From an uncultured delta proteobacterium (GTDB taxonomy: Bacteria > Desulfobacterota > Desulfobaccia > Desulfobaccales > 0-14-0-80-60-11): 64,000 bases of DNA. Within the stretch, counting starts at the first letter, position 1. Every line of letters begins with the position of its first letter. The DNA is taken from positions 1,248,001 to 1,312,000 of the forward strand of contig CAWETI010000002.1 in assembly GCA_963812015.1 (NCBI GenBank), given 5' to 3'. The notes below the pieces were generated by a model. That model was not told the origin of the DNA, did no database searches, and worked only from the letters and a program-made list of their open reading frames with translations. The translations under genes were made by a program, and so were the position numbers. Below are positions 29,442 to 39,506 of the stretch, piece after piece.

Positions 29442-31982
29442 ATGACCGGCCCCCCGTCAGACAAAATCACCCCCATGTTGCGGCAGTACCTGGACCTGAA
29501 GGACCAGTACCCCGACGCCCTGGTGCTCTTTCAGATAGGGGATTTTTACGAGACTTTCTTCGGCGACGCTGAGGTGGCCGCCAACGCCCTGAATATCGCC
29601 CTCACCTCCCGTTCCCGCCAGGGGGACGAACGCATTCCCTTGGCCGGCTTTCCCATCCATGCGGCCGCCAGCTATATCCCCCGCCTCCTGGAGCAGGGAT
29701 TCAAGGTGGTGGTGTGCGACCAGACGGAGGACCCGGCCCAGGCCAAGGGCCTGGTGCGCCGGGAAGTAACCCGCATCCTCACCCGGGGCACCGTGGTGGA
29801 CCCCGCCGCCCTGGACGCCCGCACCGACAACTATCTGGCGGCGGTGACTTTTAAGGGACCCAGGTGGGGTCTGGCTTTTCTCGAGCTGTCCACGGGGGAA
29901 TTCCGCCTCACCGAGGGGGAGGGCGCCGATGCCCTGGCCGATGAACTGTGGCGCCTGAAGCCCGCGGAGCTGGTGGTCCCGGACAACCAGGACCCGGCCC
30001 GCCTGGCGGCGGCCCTGATCCCCTTTGACATCCCGCCCATTCAGCGGCTGGTATCGTCATACGCCTTCGATTTCGAGGCGGCCCGGCAGGAAGTGGGGCG
30101 CGCCCTGGGCACCCTCTTCCTGGATGGCTTTGGGGTGGACGTCTCCCCCTTGGGGGTGGCCGCGGCCGGGGCTATCCTCCGGTATCTGAAGGATTCCCAC
30201 ACTCCCAATCTGCCTCACCTGGACCGCCTCTTGTCCTACCGCCGGGACGACTTTCTGGGCCTGGATGAGGCCACCCTGCGGCACCTGGAGATTTTCGAAA
30301 CCTGGCGCAGCCGGGCCCGGCAGGGGTCGCTGCTGGAAACCCTGGACGACACCGTCACTCCCATGGGAGCCCGGCGCCTGAGCCAGTGGCTGCGTTATCC
30401 CTTGCAGGACCGGGCCCAGATCGAGGCCCGCCTGGACGCGGTGGAGTTTTTTAAAGAGGATGGCATCCTGCGCCAGCGTTGGCGCCAGACCCTGAAAGGG
30501 CTGGGGGACCTGGAACGTCTCACCGCCCGGATAGCCTTGGAGCAGGCCACGCCCCGGGAGGTGGGGGCCGTGCGAGAGGCCCTGGCCCGGGTGCCACGGC
30601 TTCAAGCCTTGCTGCCCGAGGACCTCCCGGCCCTGGTGGCTGAGGTGGCGGCCGATCTGGATGGGCTGCCCGAACTCCGGGACCTGATCGGTCGGGCCCT
30701 GGCGGACGATCCCCCGGCCAATCTTGCGGCCGGTGGCATCATCCGGGAGGGGTACGACCCCGAGTTGGACGAACTCATAACCCGCAACCGGGAGGGCAAA
30801 GACTGGATCGCCCGCCTGGAGGCCGCCGAACGGGCCCGGACCGGCATCAATTCCCTGAAGGTGCGCTACAATAAGGTCTTCGGCTATTATCTAGAGGTGT
30901 CCCGGGCCAACCTGCATTTAGTCCCCGCCGATTACCTCCGCAAGCAGACCCTGGTGAATGCCGAGCGCTTCATCACCGCCGACTTGAAGGAGTATGAGTC
31001 CCGGGTCCTGGGGGCGGAAGAGGAGCGCCTCAAACGGGAAATGGCCCTGTTCCAGGACTTGCGCCGGCGTCTGGGGGAGGAGGTCCACCGCCTCAAGCAG
31101 GTGGCTCGGGCCCTGGGTATCCTGGACGTATGCGCCGCCCTGGCCGAGGTGGCTGCCCTGCGCCGGTATCACCGGCCCCGGGTGGTGGCTGAGCCGCGGC
31201 TCATGATCAAGCAGGGACGCCACCCGGTCATCGAACGCGTCCTGCCCACCGGCAGTTTCGTGCCCAACGATATCGCCATGGACGCCGACTCCCAGGTGCT
31301 CATCGTCACCGGGCCCAACATGAGCGGCAAATCCACCATTCTGCGCCAGGTGGCGCTGATAACGCTCCTGGCCCATCTGGGCAGTTTTGTCCCCGCAACG
31401 GAGGCGGTGATCGGCCTCACTGACCGAATCTTCACCCGGGTGGGGGCGGTGGATGATATCGGCCGGGGTCAGAGCACCTTTCTGGTGGAGATGCACGAAA
31501 CCGCCCGCATCCTGCACCAGGCCACCCCCCGGAGCCTGGTAATCCTGGATGAGATCGGCCGGGGCACCTCCACCTTCGACGGCCTGGCCCTGGCCTGGGC
31601 CGTGGCCGAACACCTTCACGACCTTCAAGGCGCGGGAGTCAAAACCCTGTTTGCCACCCATTACCAGGAACTCACGGAACTGAGCCTTCTCAAGCCCCGG
31701 GTGCGCAACTTCCAGGTGCTGGTGACGGAATCGGCGGGAAATATCGTGTTCCTCCACCGGCTGGCTCCCGGCGCCGCCTCCCAGAGCTACGGCATCCAGG
31801 TGGCCAAGCTGGCCGGTGTTCCCCGGGAAGTCATCGTCCGGGCCCAGGAGGTCCTGGAGAACCTGGAGGCCGGAAGCCTGGACCCCACGGGCCTCCCCCG
31901 CCTGGCCCGCTCCCGGCGGCGCCAGTCCAAGGAAACCCCCCAACCCACCCTGTTCGACCCGCCCTCGGAAGAGCCTCGATAA
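29442..31982 (+). CDS. mutS: DNA mismatch repair protein MutS
   Basis: TPMLRQY, GDFYE, GPNMSGKST, STFLVEM, DEIGRGTST and FATHY motifs. Confidence 0.98.
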   Translation: MTGPPSDKITPMLRQYLDLKDQYPDALVLFQIGDFYETFFGDAEVAANALNIALTSRSRQGDERIPLAGFPIHAAASYIPRLLEQGFKVVVCDQTEDPAQAKGLVRREVTRILTRGTVVDPAALDARTDNYLAAVTFKGPRWGLAFLELSTGEFRLTEGEGADALADELWRLKPAELVVPDNQDPARLAAALIPFDIPPIQRLVSSYAFDFEAARQEVGRALGTLFLDGFGVDVSPLGVAAAGAILRYLKDSHTPNLPHLDRLLSYRRDDFLGLDEATLRHLEIFETWRSRARQGSLLETLDDTVTPMGARRLSQWLRYPLQDRAQIEARLDAVEFFKEDGILRQRWRQTLKGLGDLERLTARIALEQATPREVGAVREALARVPRLQALLPEDLPALVAEVAADLDGLPELRDLIGRALADDPPANLAAGGIIREGYDPELDELITRNREGKDWIARLEAAERARTGINSLKVRYNKVFGYYLEVSRANLHLVPADYLRKQTLVNAERFITADLKEYESRVLGAEEERLKREMALFQDLRRRLGEEVHRLKQVARALGILDVCAALAEVAALRRYHRPRVVAEPRLMIKQGRHPVIERVLPTGSFVPNDIAMDADSQVLIVTGPNMSGKSTILRQVALITLLAHLGSFVPATEAVIGLTDRIFTRVGAVDDIGRGQSTFLVEMHETARILHQATPRSLVILDEIGRGTSTFDGLALAWAVAEHLHDLQGAGVKTLFATHYQELTELSLLKPRVRNFQVLVTESAGNIVFLHRLAPGAASQSYGIQVAKLAGVPREVIVRAQEVLENLEAGSLDPTGLPRLARSRRRQSKETPQPTLFDPPSEEPR

Positions 31983-32307
31983 GCTATCGATTGAACAGAA
32001 AGGGCGGAGGATAGGTTTGACACCAACAGATAAAATTCAAATCGAGGGGGGTATGAGTTGCATGTATGGCAATGATATTAAATAGTTAAAATTTTAATTT
32101 GAATTACACATAGATAGCAGTTAATAAGCCTTTGCCTGATCAAAATCTGATCAGAATTTTCCCCCCCCAAATTTTCTCCACGATTTTTGCCATGCAGATA
32201 TAGCGAGGAGATTTTTTCCTAATATCCGCTTACAGCAGAACCGGGACTAATAAAACTGGTTGCACCCTAGCTGCATTAAAGTCTATACTTCCTGCGAGGA
32301 ACTCCTG

Positions 32308-32742
32308 ATGGGCAGGCTCAGAACCCAGCATAGAGGGCACAGACGAAGTTCGATGCTTTCCGGTGTAAGTCAAACCCGCCTCGGCTCCTTATTTTGCCTG
32401 CTCGCCCTTCTATCGCTATTCTTTTTACCTCTGGCTCATCAATGCCATGTGCACGCCTTGGAAGGGATCGATGCTACCGCAGCCTCGAGTCCCGAACAAA
32501 CAGCTGAGCTGCGACTGGGGTCCGCAGAATCTGAGGGGCCACACCATCCGCACCACGATGCGTCATCCTGCCCGATCTGCCAGGCGGCCTTAAGTTGCCG
32601 GTATTGCGCGGTCACGACCCTTTCCCTGGCCCCAGTCCTTTCCCTACCGGTCCAACAGTTTTGTAATAATGCTATTACTTCATTAGTTGCCAACCAAGAT
32701 GTCCTGGTTTTAGGACCGCGCGCCCCGCCAGTTTCCCTCTAA
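32308..32742 (+). CDS. DUF2946-like leader protein with a His-rich CxxC and a C-terminal RAPP motif
   Basis: TM segment, HHPHHDASSCPICQ, C-terminal GPRAPPVSL; first gene of a metal uptake operon. Confidence 0.8.
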   Translation: MGRLRTQHRGHRRSSMLSGVSQTRLGSLFCLLALLSLFFLPLAHQCHVHALEGIDATAASSPEQTAELRLGSAESEGPHHPHHDASSCPICQAALSCRYCAVTTLSLAPVLSLPVQQFCNNAITSLVANQDVLVLGPRAPPVSL

Positions 32743-32850
32743 ATCAACAACCGACAATCTTTCAAACTTTTTTTCTCGGTATTTAAGTTGCTCTTAAAAA
32801 CCGCAGGGATGAAGTGTGACCTAGGAGAATTGTCATTAGGGGGAAGATTC

Positions 32851-34389
32851 ATGACTGGACGGATTATAGTCATTTGGTTAGCTCTGGCCATAAGCTTCGG
32901 CACGGTGAATACTGCCCTGGCCCAAGATCAGGCCGCAGCCATTGAAGAGCTCAGGAAAGAAATGAAAGAACTGCATCAGGAGGTTTCCGCAAAAGATAAG
33001 AAGATTGAGGAACTGGAACGCCGCCTTGATGCGGTGCAAAAAGCTACCACTGCGGCCCCAGCAGCCAAGGCGCCGGTCAAGGCCGAAACGGCTAAAGCAG
33101 AAGTCAAGCCTCCTCAACCCGCTGCTCCGCCCGCGGCGGCCACGGCGGCTCAGACGGTGGCAACCGAGCAGATGCAGGAACAGGTGCAGGAGTTGAAGGA
33201 GCAGGTGGGCCAGGTAGTCGAGGCACAGAAGCAGGAGTTTCTGGCCAAGTTCAATCCTTCCATCGGGTTCGTGGGTGAGTCGATCGGCGCTTATCGCAGT
33301 CAGGCTGCGAGGTTTACGAACGTCCTCTACCCGCAATCTAGCCCCCGGCCCGGCGGAGGCGATTTTTTCCAGCGTTCGATGGAACTGAATTTTGCGGGAT
33401 CGGTTGATCCGTTTGCACGCGGTTATGCGGTGCTCAATGCCTCTGCCGACCCGGTTACCGGCGAAGCCACCGCGGGGTTTGAAGAGGCTGCACTGGTCAC
33501 GACCTCATTGCCATGGAACCTGACGCTTAAGGCGGGACGGTTCTTCGGCGAGTTCGGCCGGTTAGCTTACATCCACGATCATGAACTGCCCTTCGTTTGG
33601 CGGCCGCTGGCGCTCGATTCATACATCGGCGGCGAATCGCGTACCGACGGGGTACAGATCAACTGGCTGTTGCCGCTCTCGCATTACGTGAGTCTGACCG
33701 CGGGGGTGGGTGATTCTTTCGGCGGGACACCAAACAATGTCGGCGATTTCCGGCAATTCACCGGGTTTAACTTTTGGGGCCGCGCCTCCACATATTTTGA
33801 CCTGACCCCTGAGATCGCAATGGAACCTGGCTTTTCATGGTTGTTCAATCCGAACGCAACAGATCGTGGCGGCGGGTTTCTGCAACCCAACGGCAATACG
33901 CTCACGGAACGCGAACGCCGTCTGCTGGGAGCAGATTTTTTGCTGCGCTACCAGCCGCTGCGTAACAATCAGTTCAAAAGCCTCACCTGGGGCACGGAGG
34001 TGCTTTACAGCGACAACCGCTATAACGTTACCGCACCGGACGGCACCCTGTCGCCCAACAGCAACGTCCCCTCCTATGGCTTGTACTCGTATGTCGCTTA
34101 CCGGTTCCATCGGGAGTGGACAACCGGGTTTGAGTTTCAATATGCGCAGAATGCACAGGACAAGCACCAGCAAACCTACTCGTATTCTCCGTATATCACC
34201 TGGTATGTCAGCCACTGGAATGAGCTGCGCCTGCAATACACCTACACCCAACCCTACGGGAAGGGTGTATTTGAGGGTCTGGATGGATCAAGCCCAGCCG
34301 TGGTTAACCGCCTGCGCGGTGATAATGCCGTTTACCTGCAATGGGCGTGGATCATAGGGTCACACGCGCATGGGTGGCAAGAACGCTAA
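32851..34389 (+). CDS. Outer-membrane beta-barrel protein of a metal uptake operon (coiled-coil N-terminus)
   Basis: Signal peptide, coiled coil, FNPSIG…VDPF…EEA…GRFFGEFGRL..IHDH, C-terminal IGSHAHGW. Confidence 0.75.
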   Translation: MTGRIIVIWLALAISFGTVNTALAQDQAAAIEELRKEMKELHQEVSAKDKKIEELERRLDAVQKATTAAPAAKAPVKAETAKAEVKPPQPAAPPAAATAAQTVATEQMQEQVQELKEQVGQVVEAQKQEFLAKFNPSIGFVGESIGAYRSQAARFTNVLYPQSSPRPGGGDFFQRSMELNFAGSVDPFARGYAVLNASADPVTGEATAGFEEAALVTTSLPWNLTLKAGRFFGEFGRLAYIHDHELPFVWRPLALDSYIGGESRTDGVQINWLLPLSHYVSLTAGVGDSFGGTPNNVGDFRQFTGFNFWGRASTYFDLTPEIAMEPGFSWLFNPNATDRGGGFLQPNGNTLTERERRLLGADFLLRYQPLRNNQFKSLTWGTEVLYSDNRYNVTAPDGTLSPNSNVPSYGLYSYVAYRFHREWTTGFEFQYAQNAQDKHQQTYSYSPYITWYVSHWNELRLQYTYTQPYGKGVFEGLDGSSPAVVNRLRGDNAVYLQWAWIIGSHAHGWQER

Positions 34390-34411
34390 ACCTGGAAGAG
34401 AGGAATCGAAC

Positions 34412-35344
34412 GTGAAATTGAGAATGTTCCATGTGTTTTGGACCATCCTGTTTATCGGGATCTTATGTTTCGGGGCGATACCGGCTCACGCGGCCAAAAT
34501 CCTCGTCGTCACAACGCTGACTGACGTTGCGGACTGTGCCCGCCAAGTTGGCGGGGACCTGGTCGAGGTTCACAGCCTGGCCACGGGCGTAGAAGACACG
34601 CACGGGGTGCCGATGAAACCGAGTTTCGTGCCCATGATGAACCGGGCGGACCTGATGATCCTGGTGGGGCTGGATTGTGAGCACGCCTTCCTGCCTGCAT
34701 TGCTGGAAGCGAGCAAGAACCCCCGCATCCAGAAAGGCAAGCCCGGCTACGTGGACTGCTCGGAGGGCATCATCCCACGCGATGTACCCAAGTCAACCGA
34801 CCACACCGCTGGCGACGTTCATCCTTACGGCAACCCGCACTACATGCTCGATCCGGTGTCGGCGAAGACCGCCATCGCGAATATCTGCAATGCCCTGGTA
34901 GCCTTCGCGCCACAGTTTCAAGCAGAATTCAAGCGTAACCGGGATGCTTATCTCGCCAAGCTCAATGCCAAAATTGCCGAGTGGAAACAGGAAGCCCAGC
35001 TGCTCAAGGGTGTAAAATTCGTATCCTATCACGAGCATTGGCCATACTTCGCGGCGCGCTTTGGCATGGACTACTTTGGCACGATTGAACTGAAGCCGGG
35101 TATCGATCCGACCCCCCGTCACATTGAAGAATTGATCGCCACGATGAAGGCCGAGCATGTTCCCATCGTGGTGCGCGAGCCGCAGTTTCCTGAAAAGGTG
35201 CCGAAACTCATCGCCGAACAGACCGGCGCGACTATGATAACGCTGCCGATCATGCCGGGCGGCGTACCGGATACGGAAACGTACATTAAGATGATGGACT
35301 ACATCGTCCACACCATGGTCGCTGCCGTACAAACTAAGAAATAA
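34412..35344 (+). CDS. Zn/Mn ABC transporter substrate-binding protein (ZnuA-like)
   Basis: DTH, GDVHPYGNPHYMLDP, YHEHWPYF and ELKPGIDP motifs. Confidence 0.9.
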   Translation: MKLRMFHVFWTILFIGILCFGAIPAHAAKILVVTTLTDVADCARQVGGDLVEVHSLATGVEDTHGVPMKPSFVPMMNRADLMILVGLDCEHAFLPALLEASKNPRIQKGKPGYVDCSEGIIPRDVPKSTDHTAGDVHPYGNPHYMLDPVSAKTAIANICNALVAFAPQFQAEFKRNRDAYLAKLNAKIAEWKQEAQLLKGVKFVSYHEHWPYFAARFGMDYFGTIELKPGIDPTPRHIEELIATMKAEHVPIVVREPQFPEKVPKLIAEQTGATMITLPIMPGGVPDTETYIKMMDYIVHTMVAAVQTKK

Positions 35345-35407
35345 GCACACGAGGAGAGGGTCCACCCGTGGGTTGTCAAGGTGGACCCCACTTAACAGGC
35401 ATATGAT

Positions 35408-36124
35408 ATGAATGAAGCGCTCATCACACTGTCCAACCTGAGCATCGGCTACAACAGCCAGCCGGTGATGTCCGGGATTTCGCTTTCGATTGCCCGCAAC
35501 AGTTTCATCGCCATTCTTGGTGCAAACGGTTCGGGTAAATCGACTCTGCTCAAGACGCTGCTTGGACTGCTCCCGCCAGTCGCGGGCCGCATCGACACCG
35601 CTACACCGTCGGGCGCGCCGCTCCTGTTCGGTTACGTCCCTCAGTCCAATCAGTTTGATCCGATATATCTGCTGACGGGGTTCGACGTTGCTCTGATGGG
35701 CGCGTATGGACGCGTCCGCCCAGGACGTTTTGTCCCGCCAAGCGAACGTGCCTTCACGCACAAATGTTTGCGCGCAGTAGGTGCTGAGGAGTTTGCTCAC
35801 CTGCGGTTTGCCAAACTATCCGGTGGTCAGAAACAACGCGTGCTCATCGCCCGCGCTCTGACGACCCGCCCTGACGTCCTGATACTCGACGAACCGACCG
35901 CAGGTGTGGACATCACAGCGACACAAGCGGTCCTGGCCTTTATTTCGCAAATCCGTCAGGAAAAGAAGATCACGGTCTTGATAGCCACGCACGACTTTGC
36001 GGTGGTGCGCCATCATGCCCAGCAAGTCCTTTGGTTTCATCAGGGCAAGATGCATCACGGCACCGCGGACGAATTGCTAAACCTCGAGCGGATGGCGGAG
36101 ATTTTTGAAATGGGGATCGGTTGA
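35408..36124 (+). CDS. Metal ABC transporter ATP-binding protein (ZnuC-like)
   Basis: GANGSGKST, LSGGQKQR and LDEPTAGVD motifs. Confidence 0.92.
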   Translation: MNEALITLSNLSIGYNSQPVMSGISLSIARNSFIAILGANGSGKSTLLKTLLGLLPPVAGRIDTATPSGAPLLFGYVPQSNQFDPIYLLTGFDVALMGAYGRVRPGRFVPPSERAFTHKCLRAVGAEEFAHLRFAKLSGGQKQRVLIARALTTRPDVLILDEPTAGVDITATQAVLAFISQIRQEKKITVLIATHDFAVVRHHAQQVLWFHQGKMHHGTADELLNLERMAEIFEMGIG

Positions 36125-36125
36125 C

Positions 36126-37001
36126 ATGGAAACGTTAAGTCAGATTCTCTCGCCCGATTTTCTCCTGCGCAACTCGGTTTATACCAGCGTGCTCGTCGGC
36201 TTCGCTTGCCCCCTCGTCGGGGTGTTTCTCGTGATGCGCCGGTTGGTGTTCATGGGCGTAGCACTGCCGCAGATTTCCTCGACGGGCGTTGCGATCGCCC
36301 TCTCCCTTCCCTTGTGGTTCGGAATTCATCTGCATGATCATGGCGCACACAGCGCGCACGCCCTTGCCTTTGCCGGCTCGATGACATTCTCGCTGGCCGC
36401 GGTCCTGGTGCTGGCGTTTCTGGAACGACGCGGGCGCGGTCAGCCCGAGGGCAGACTCGGTACTGCGTATGTCGTGGCTGCCTCGCTGAGCATATTGTTG
36501 CTGTCAAAGAATCCTTACGGCGAGATCGGCTGGCTCGACCTTTTGAAAGGCGAGGTCATCACCATCTCCAATTTCGATCTCGTGCTGACGGCAGCAACGC
36601 TCATGGTGGTCCTTGCAGCGTTAGGATTGTTCCACAAGGAGTTGCTCCTGGTCTCATTCGACCGCGAGATGGCCATTACCCTTCGCAAGAACGTGGTTTT
36701 CTGGGACGTGCTGCTCTATTTATTGATCGGCCTGACCGTTTCGATGGCAGTGCTCAGTGTCGGTCCGCTGATCGCGTTCGGATTTTTGCTGATCCCCGCG
36801 CTGACGGCGCATCTGTTCGCCCACAATATGCGCCAGTTCGCGACGCTGGCCTCTTTGGTCGGGGGCGCGGTAGCGTTCCTCGGTTTCTGGATCGCCTATC
36901 AATGTGATTTGCCCGTCGGCCCGACGGATGTCGTCCTTCTCGGCGGGCTCTACGCGGCAGCCTGGGTTATCGCCAAACTTCTCCCCGAGAACTCACGGTG
37001 A
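36126..37001 (+). CDS. Metal ABC transporter permease (ZnuB-like)
   Basis: GVFLVMRR, LVSFDREMA and PVGP motifs; multi-TM. Confidence 0.9.
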   Translation: METLSQILSPDFLLRNSVYTSVLVGFACPLVGVFLVMRRLVFMGVALPQISSTGVAIALSLPLWFGIHLHDHGAHSAHALAFAGSMTFSLAAVLVLAFLERRGRGQPEGRLGTAYVVAASLSILLLSKNPYGEIGWLDLLKGEVITISNFDLVLTAATLMVVLAALGLFHKELLLVSFDREMAITLRKNVVFWDVLLYLLIGLTVSMAVLSVGPLIAFGFLLIPALTAHLFAHNMRQFATLASLVGGAVAFLGFWIAYQCDLPVGPTDVVLLGGLYAAAWVIAKLLPENSR

Positions 37002-37075
37002 TCTCGCAAGGCTTAAGCTGCATAGTTAAGGATTTTTTCCAGGCTCGTTAGACCCAAAAAAAGGGGGGTACCGAA

Positions 37076-37540
37076 ATGGGAAAGGTATTGCGATTCTCGC
37101 TCATGTTCATAGCCTGCGTCCTGCCGCTTCTCGGCCAGTCACACCTGGCTGACTCAGCGGCAAGGTTTGTGGATAACGGAGATGGTACCGTTACAGACAC
37201 GAGGCTGAAAATAATGTGGCAGAAGGGCGATAATGGCAAGGAGGTCACCTTCGAGGAGGCCCAGCAATACTGCAAGAATCTACAGCTGGGTCGCCATACT
37301 GACTGGCGTCTACCCAGGCCTGACGAACGAGATACCGCAGTAGCCATCCAATTGCTGATACCCAAACATTCTCGCGATACCTATGCCTATTTTGATCTCT
37401 ATTGGTCATCCGACCACGCAGTCTTGCTCCCATTCAACTATCACCCCGCTCAAGGGGGACCGGTCTTAAGGGCATATCCTGCCAGGGAGGGCGCCAAGGC
37501 CTTCGTGAGGGCTGTCCGCTCCTTGGGGACTAATAGTTAA
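37076..37540 (+). CDS. DUF1566 (Lcl C-terminal domain) exported protein
   Basis: RFVDNGDGTVTD…MWQK…YC…DWRLP…YWSS…VRAVR. Confidence 0.85.
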   Translation: MGKVLRFSLMFIACVLPLLGQSHLADSAARFVDNGDGTVTDTRLKIMWQKGDNGKEVTFEEAQQYCKNLQLGRHTDWRLPRPDERDTAVAIQLLIPKHSRDTYAYFDLYWSSDHAVLLPFNYHPAQGGPVLRAYPAREGAKAFVRAVRSLGTNS

Positions 37541-37985
37541 GAGAATTTTCTGCAGTCTTCCTTGCCGCTAGGCACTGCCTCGGACATTGGGGTGGAGTTC
37601 AAGGACCCCAGGCCAGTACCGCTCGGTGATGGTGCGCCAGAGGAAAAGCCGAGTCTCCATGCAAATACCAACCCCGCGCATGTTAGGAAACCCTGGAACC
37701 GGCTGACTGCGACATAACTTGCCACTAGCAACAAATCTGTTCAATATCAAAAAGTTCCTGTTATGATTTGCATATACTAATGAGTCGGCATCTGCTCAAA
37801 TATAAATAATCCGGTGCCGCTAACGCCTCAACCTCCCATGGCGGCTTGGCCTGCATAAACTTGGTCAATCGTTGCCGCCGTTCTGGCAATCTTTCTCCCA
37901 CTCCTTATAGTGAGACCCATGCGCACCAAACTTAGGCAAGGTGTGAAGCAATTTCTCTGGCGGCGGTTTTCGCGCCCCGGCCAGT

Positions 37986-39506
37986 TCACCGTCGCCAGGC
38001 CAGGAACCGGGTGAAGAGCTTCTTGACGAAGGGCGTCAGTCGGGTGCGGTTATAGAGGTCCCCGGTCTGGTGGATGGCTTCGGCCTGGGTGGGATACGGG
38101 TGAATGACCGAGGCCAGGGTCCCCAGGCCCACTTTTCCCACCATGGCCAGCGTGATTTCGCTGATCATCTCCCCGGCGTGCCGGGCCACGATGGTGGCTC
38201 CCAGAATTTGATCGGCGCCCGGCTTGACGTGGATTTTGACCAGCCCCTGATCTTCGCCGTCCACGATGGCCCGGTCCACTTCGCTCAGGGGTTTTATAAG
38301 GGTCTGAATCGGGATGCCCTGTTTTTCGGCCTCGGCTTCATTTATCCCTACGTGGGCAACTTCGGGGTCGGTATAGGTGCACCAGGGGATGGTCAGGGCG
38401 CTCAACTTCTTGCGGCCGCAAAACAGGGCGTTCTGGATGACAATCCGGGCCGTGGCATCGGCCATGTGGGTGAACTTGTATTTCAGGCAGACGTCTCCCG
38501 CGGCATAAATGCGGCGGTTAGTGGTTCGGAGCTGATCATTGACCACCACCCCCTCCCGCTTATCGTACCTGACGCCGGCCTCCTCCAGTCCCAGATGGTC
38601 TACGTTAGGGGCCCGGCCCGCCCCCGCCAGGATCTCGTCCACTTCGATTTCGCCAGGCTGCCCCCCGCTCTCGTACCGGACCAGCTTGCCGCCTTCGGTC
38701 TTAAGAACCCCGGTGGGTTTGGCATTGAGGATGAGGGAAATGCCCTCTTCCACAAAGACCTGTTGCACCAGTCGGACGGCGTCCGCATCCTCCCGGTTCA
38801 TGAGCTGGGCGTATTTGTGGAGCAGGGTCACCTGGCACCCCAGGCGTTGAAAGGCCTGGGCGAACTCGCAGCCCAGGGGCCCGCCCCCCATGATCAGCAG
38901 CCGCCGGGGCCGCTCGGTCAGAGAAAAAACCGTCTCATTGGTGAGATAGCCGGCCTCGGCCATCCCCGGAACCGGCGGGTCCACCGGCCGGGCCCCCGTG
39001 GCGATGACCGCCTTGGTGAAGTGCAGAGTTTGGCCGGCCACCTCGATGGTTCGGGGGCCGGAAAACTGCGCCTCTCCCAGGAAGACGTCCACCCCCAAGT
39101 CCCTAAAGCGCCGGGCGGAATCGTGCTGGCTGATGGCAGCCCTCAGGCACCGCATGCGCTCCATGACCCCGGGGAAATCCACTTCGGTCCCCGGCGGCAC
39201 CTTGACGCCGAAGCGGGCTGCGTCTCGAAGGTCTTTCAACACCCGGGAGGAGCGGATGATGGCCTTGGAGGGCACGCAGCCGTAATTCAGGCAGTCACCC
39301 CCCAACAGGTGACGTTCCACCAGGGCAACTTTGGCCCCCAGACCCGCAGCCCCCGCGGCGGTCACCAGGCCGGTGGTGCCGGCGCCGATCACTACCAGAT
39401 TATAGCGGGGGGCGGGTTCGGGATTCACCCAGTCCGGCGGGTGGACGTTGGCGGCCAGCGCCTGGTTGTACTGATCCCGAGGGGAGAGCATAGGTGCGCC
39501 GTTCAT
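37986..39506 (-). CDS. Class I pyridine nucleotide-disulfide oxidoreductase (MerA/LpdA-like, no C-terminal Cys pair)
   Basis: GGDCLNYGCVPSK, GGGPLG and HPYPT motifs; ends FLAWRR. Confidence 0.9.
   Translation of the reverse strand: MNGAPMLSPRDQYNQALAANVHPPDWVNPEPAPRYNLVVIGAGTTGLVTAAGAAGLGAKVALVERHLLGGDCLNYGCVPSKAIIRSSRVLKDLRDAARFGVKVPPGTEVDFPGVMERMRCLRAAISQHDSARRFRDLGVDVFLGEAQFSGPRTIEVAGQTLHFTKAVIATGARPVDPPVPGMAEAGYLTNETVFSLTERPRRLLIMGGGPLGCEFAQAFQRLGCQVTLLHKYAQLMNREDADAVRLVQQVFVEEGISLILNAKPTGVLKTEGGKLVRYESGGQPGEIEVDEILAGAGRAPNVDHLGLEEAGVRYDKREGVVVNDQLRTTNRRIYAAGDVCLKYKFTHMADATARIVIQNALFCGRKKLSALTIPWCTYTDPEVAHVGINEAEAEKQGIPIQTLIKPLSEVDRAIVDGEDQGLVKIHVKPGADQILGATIVARHAGEMISEITLAMVGKVGLGTLASVIHPYPTQAEAIHQTGDLYNRTRLTPFVKKLFTRFLAWRR

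Noticed and set aside
32136..32154. CTGATCA-N5-TGATCAG palindrome as a Zur/Fur box
   Set aside because: Does not resemble Fur-family boxes I know and occurs only once; unassigned.
37986..39506. Mercuric reductase (merA) call
   Set aside because: No C-terminal Cys-Cys pair, no NmerA domain and no mer operon; it is the common TVP38-linked disulfide oxidoreductase.
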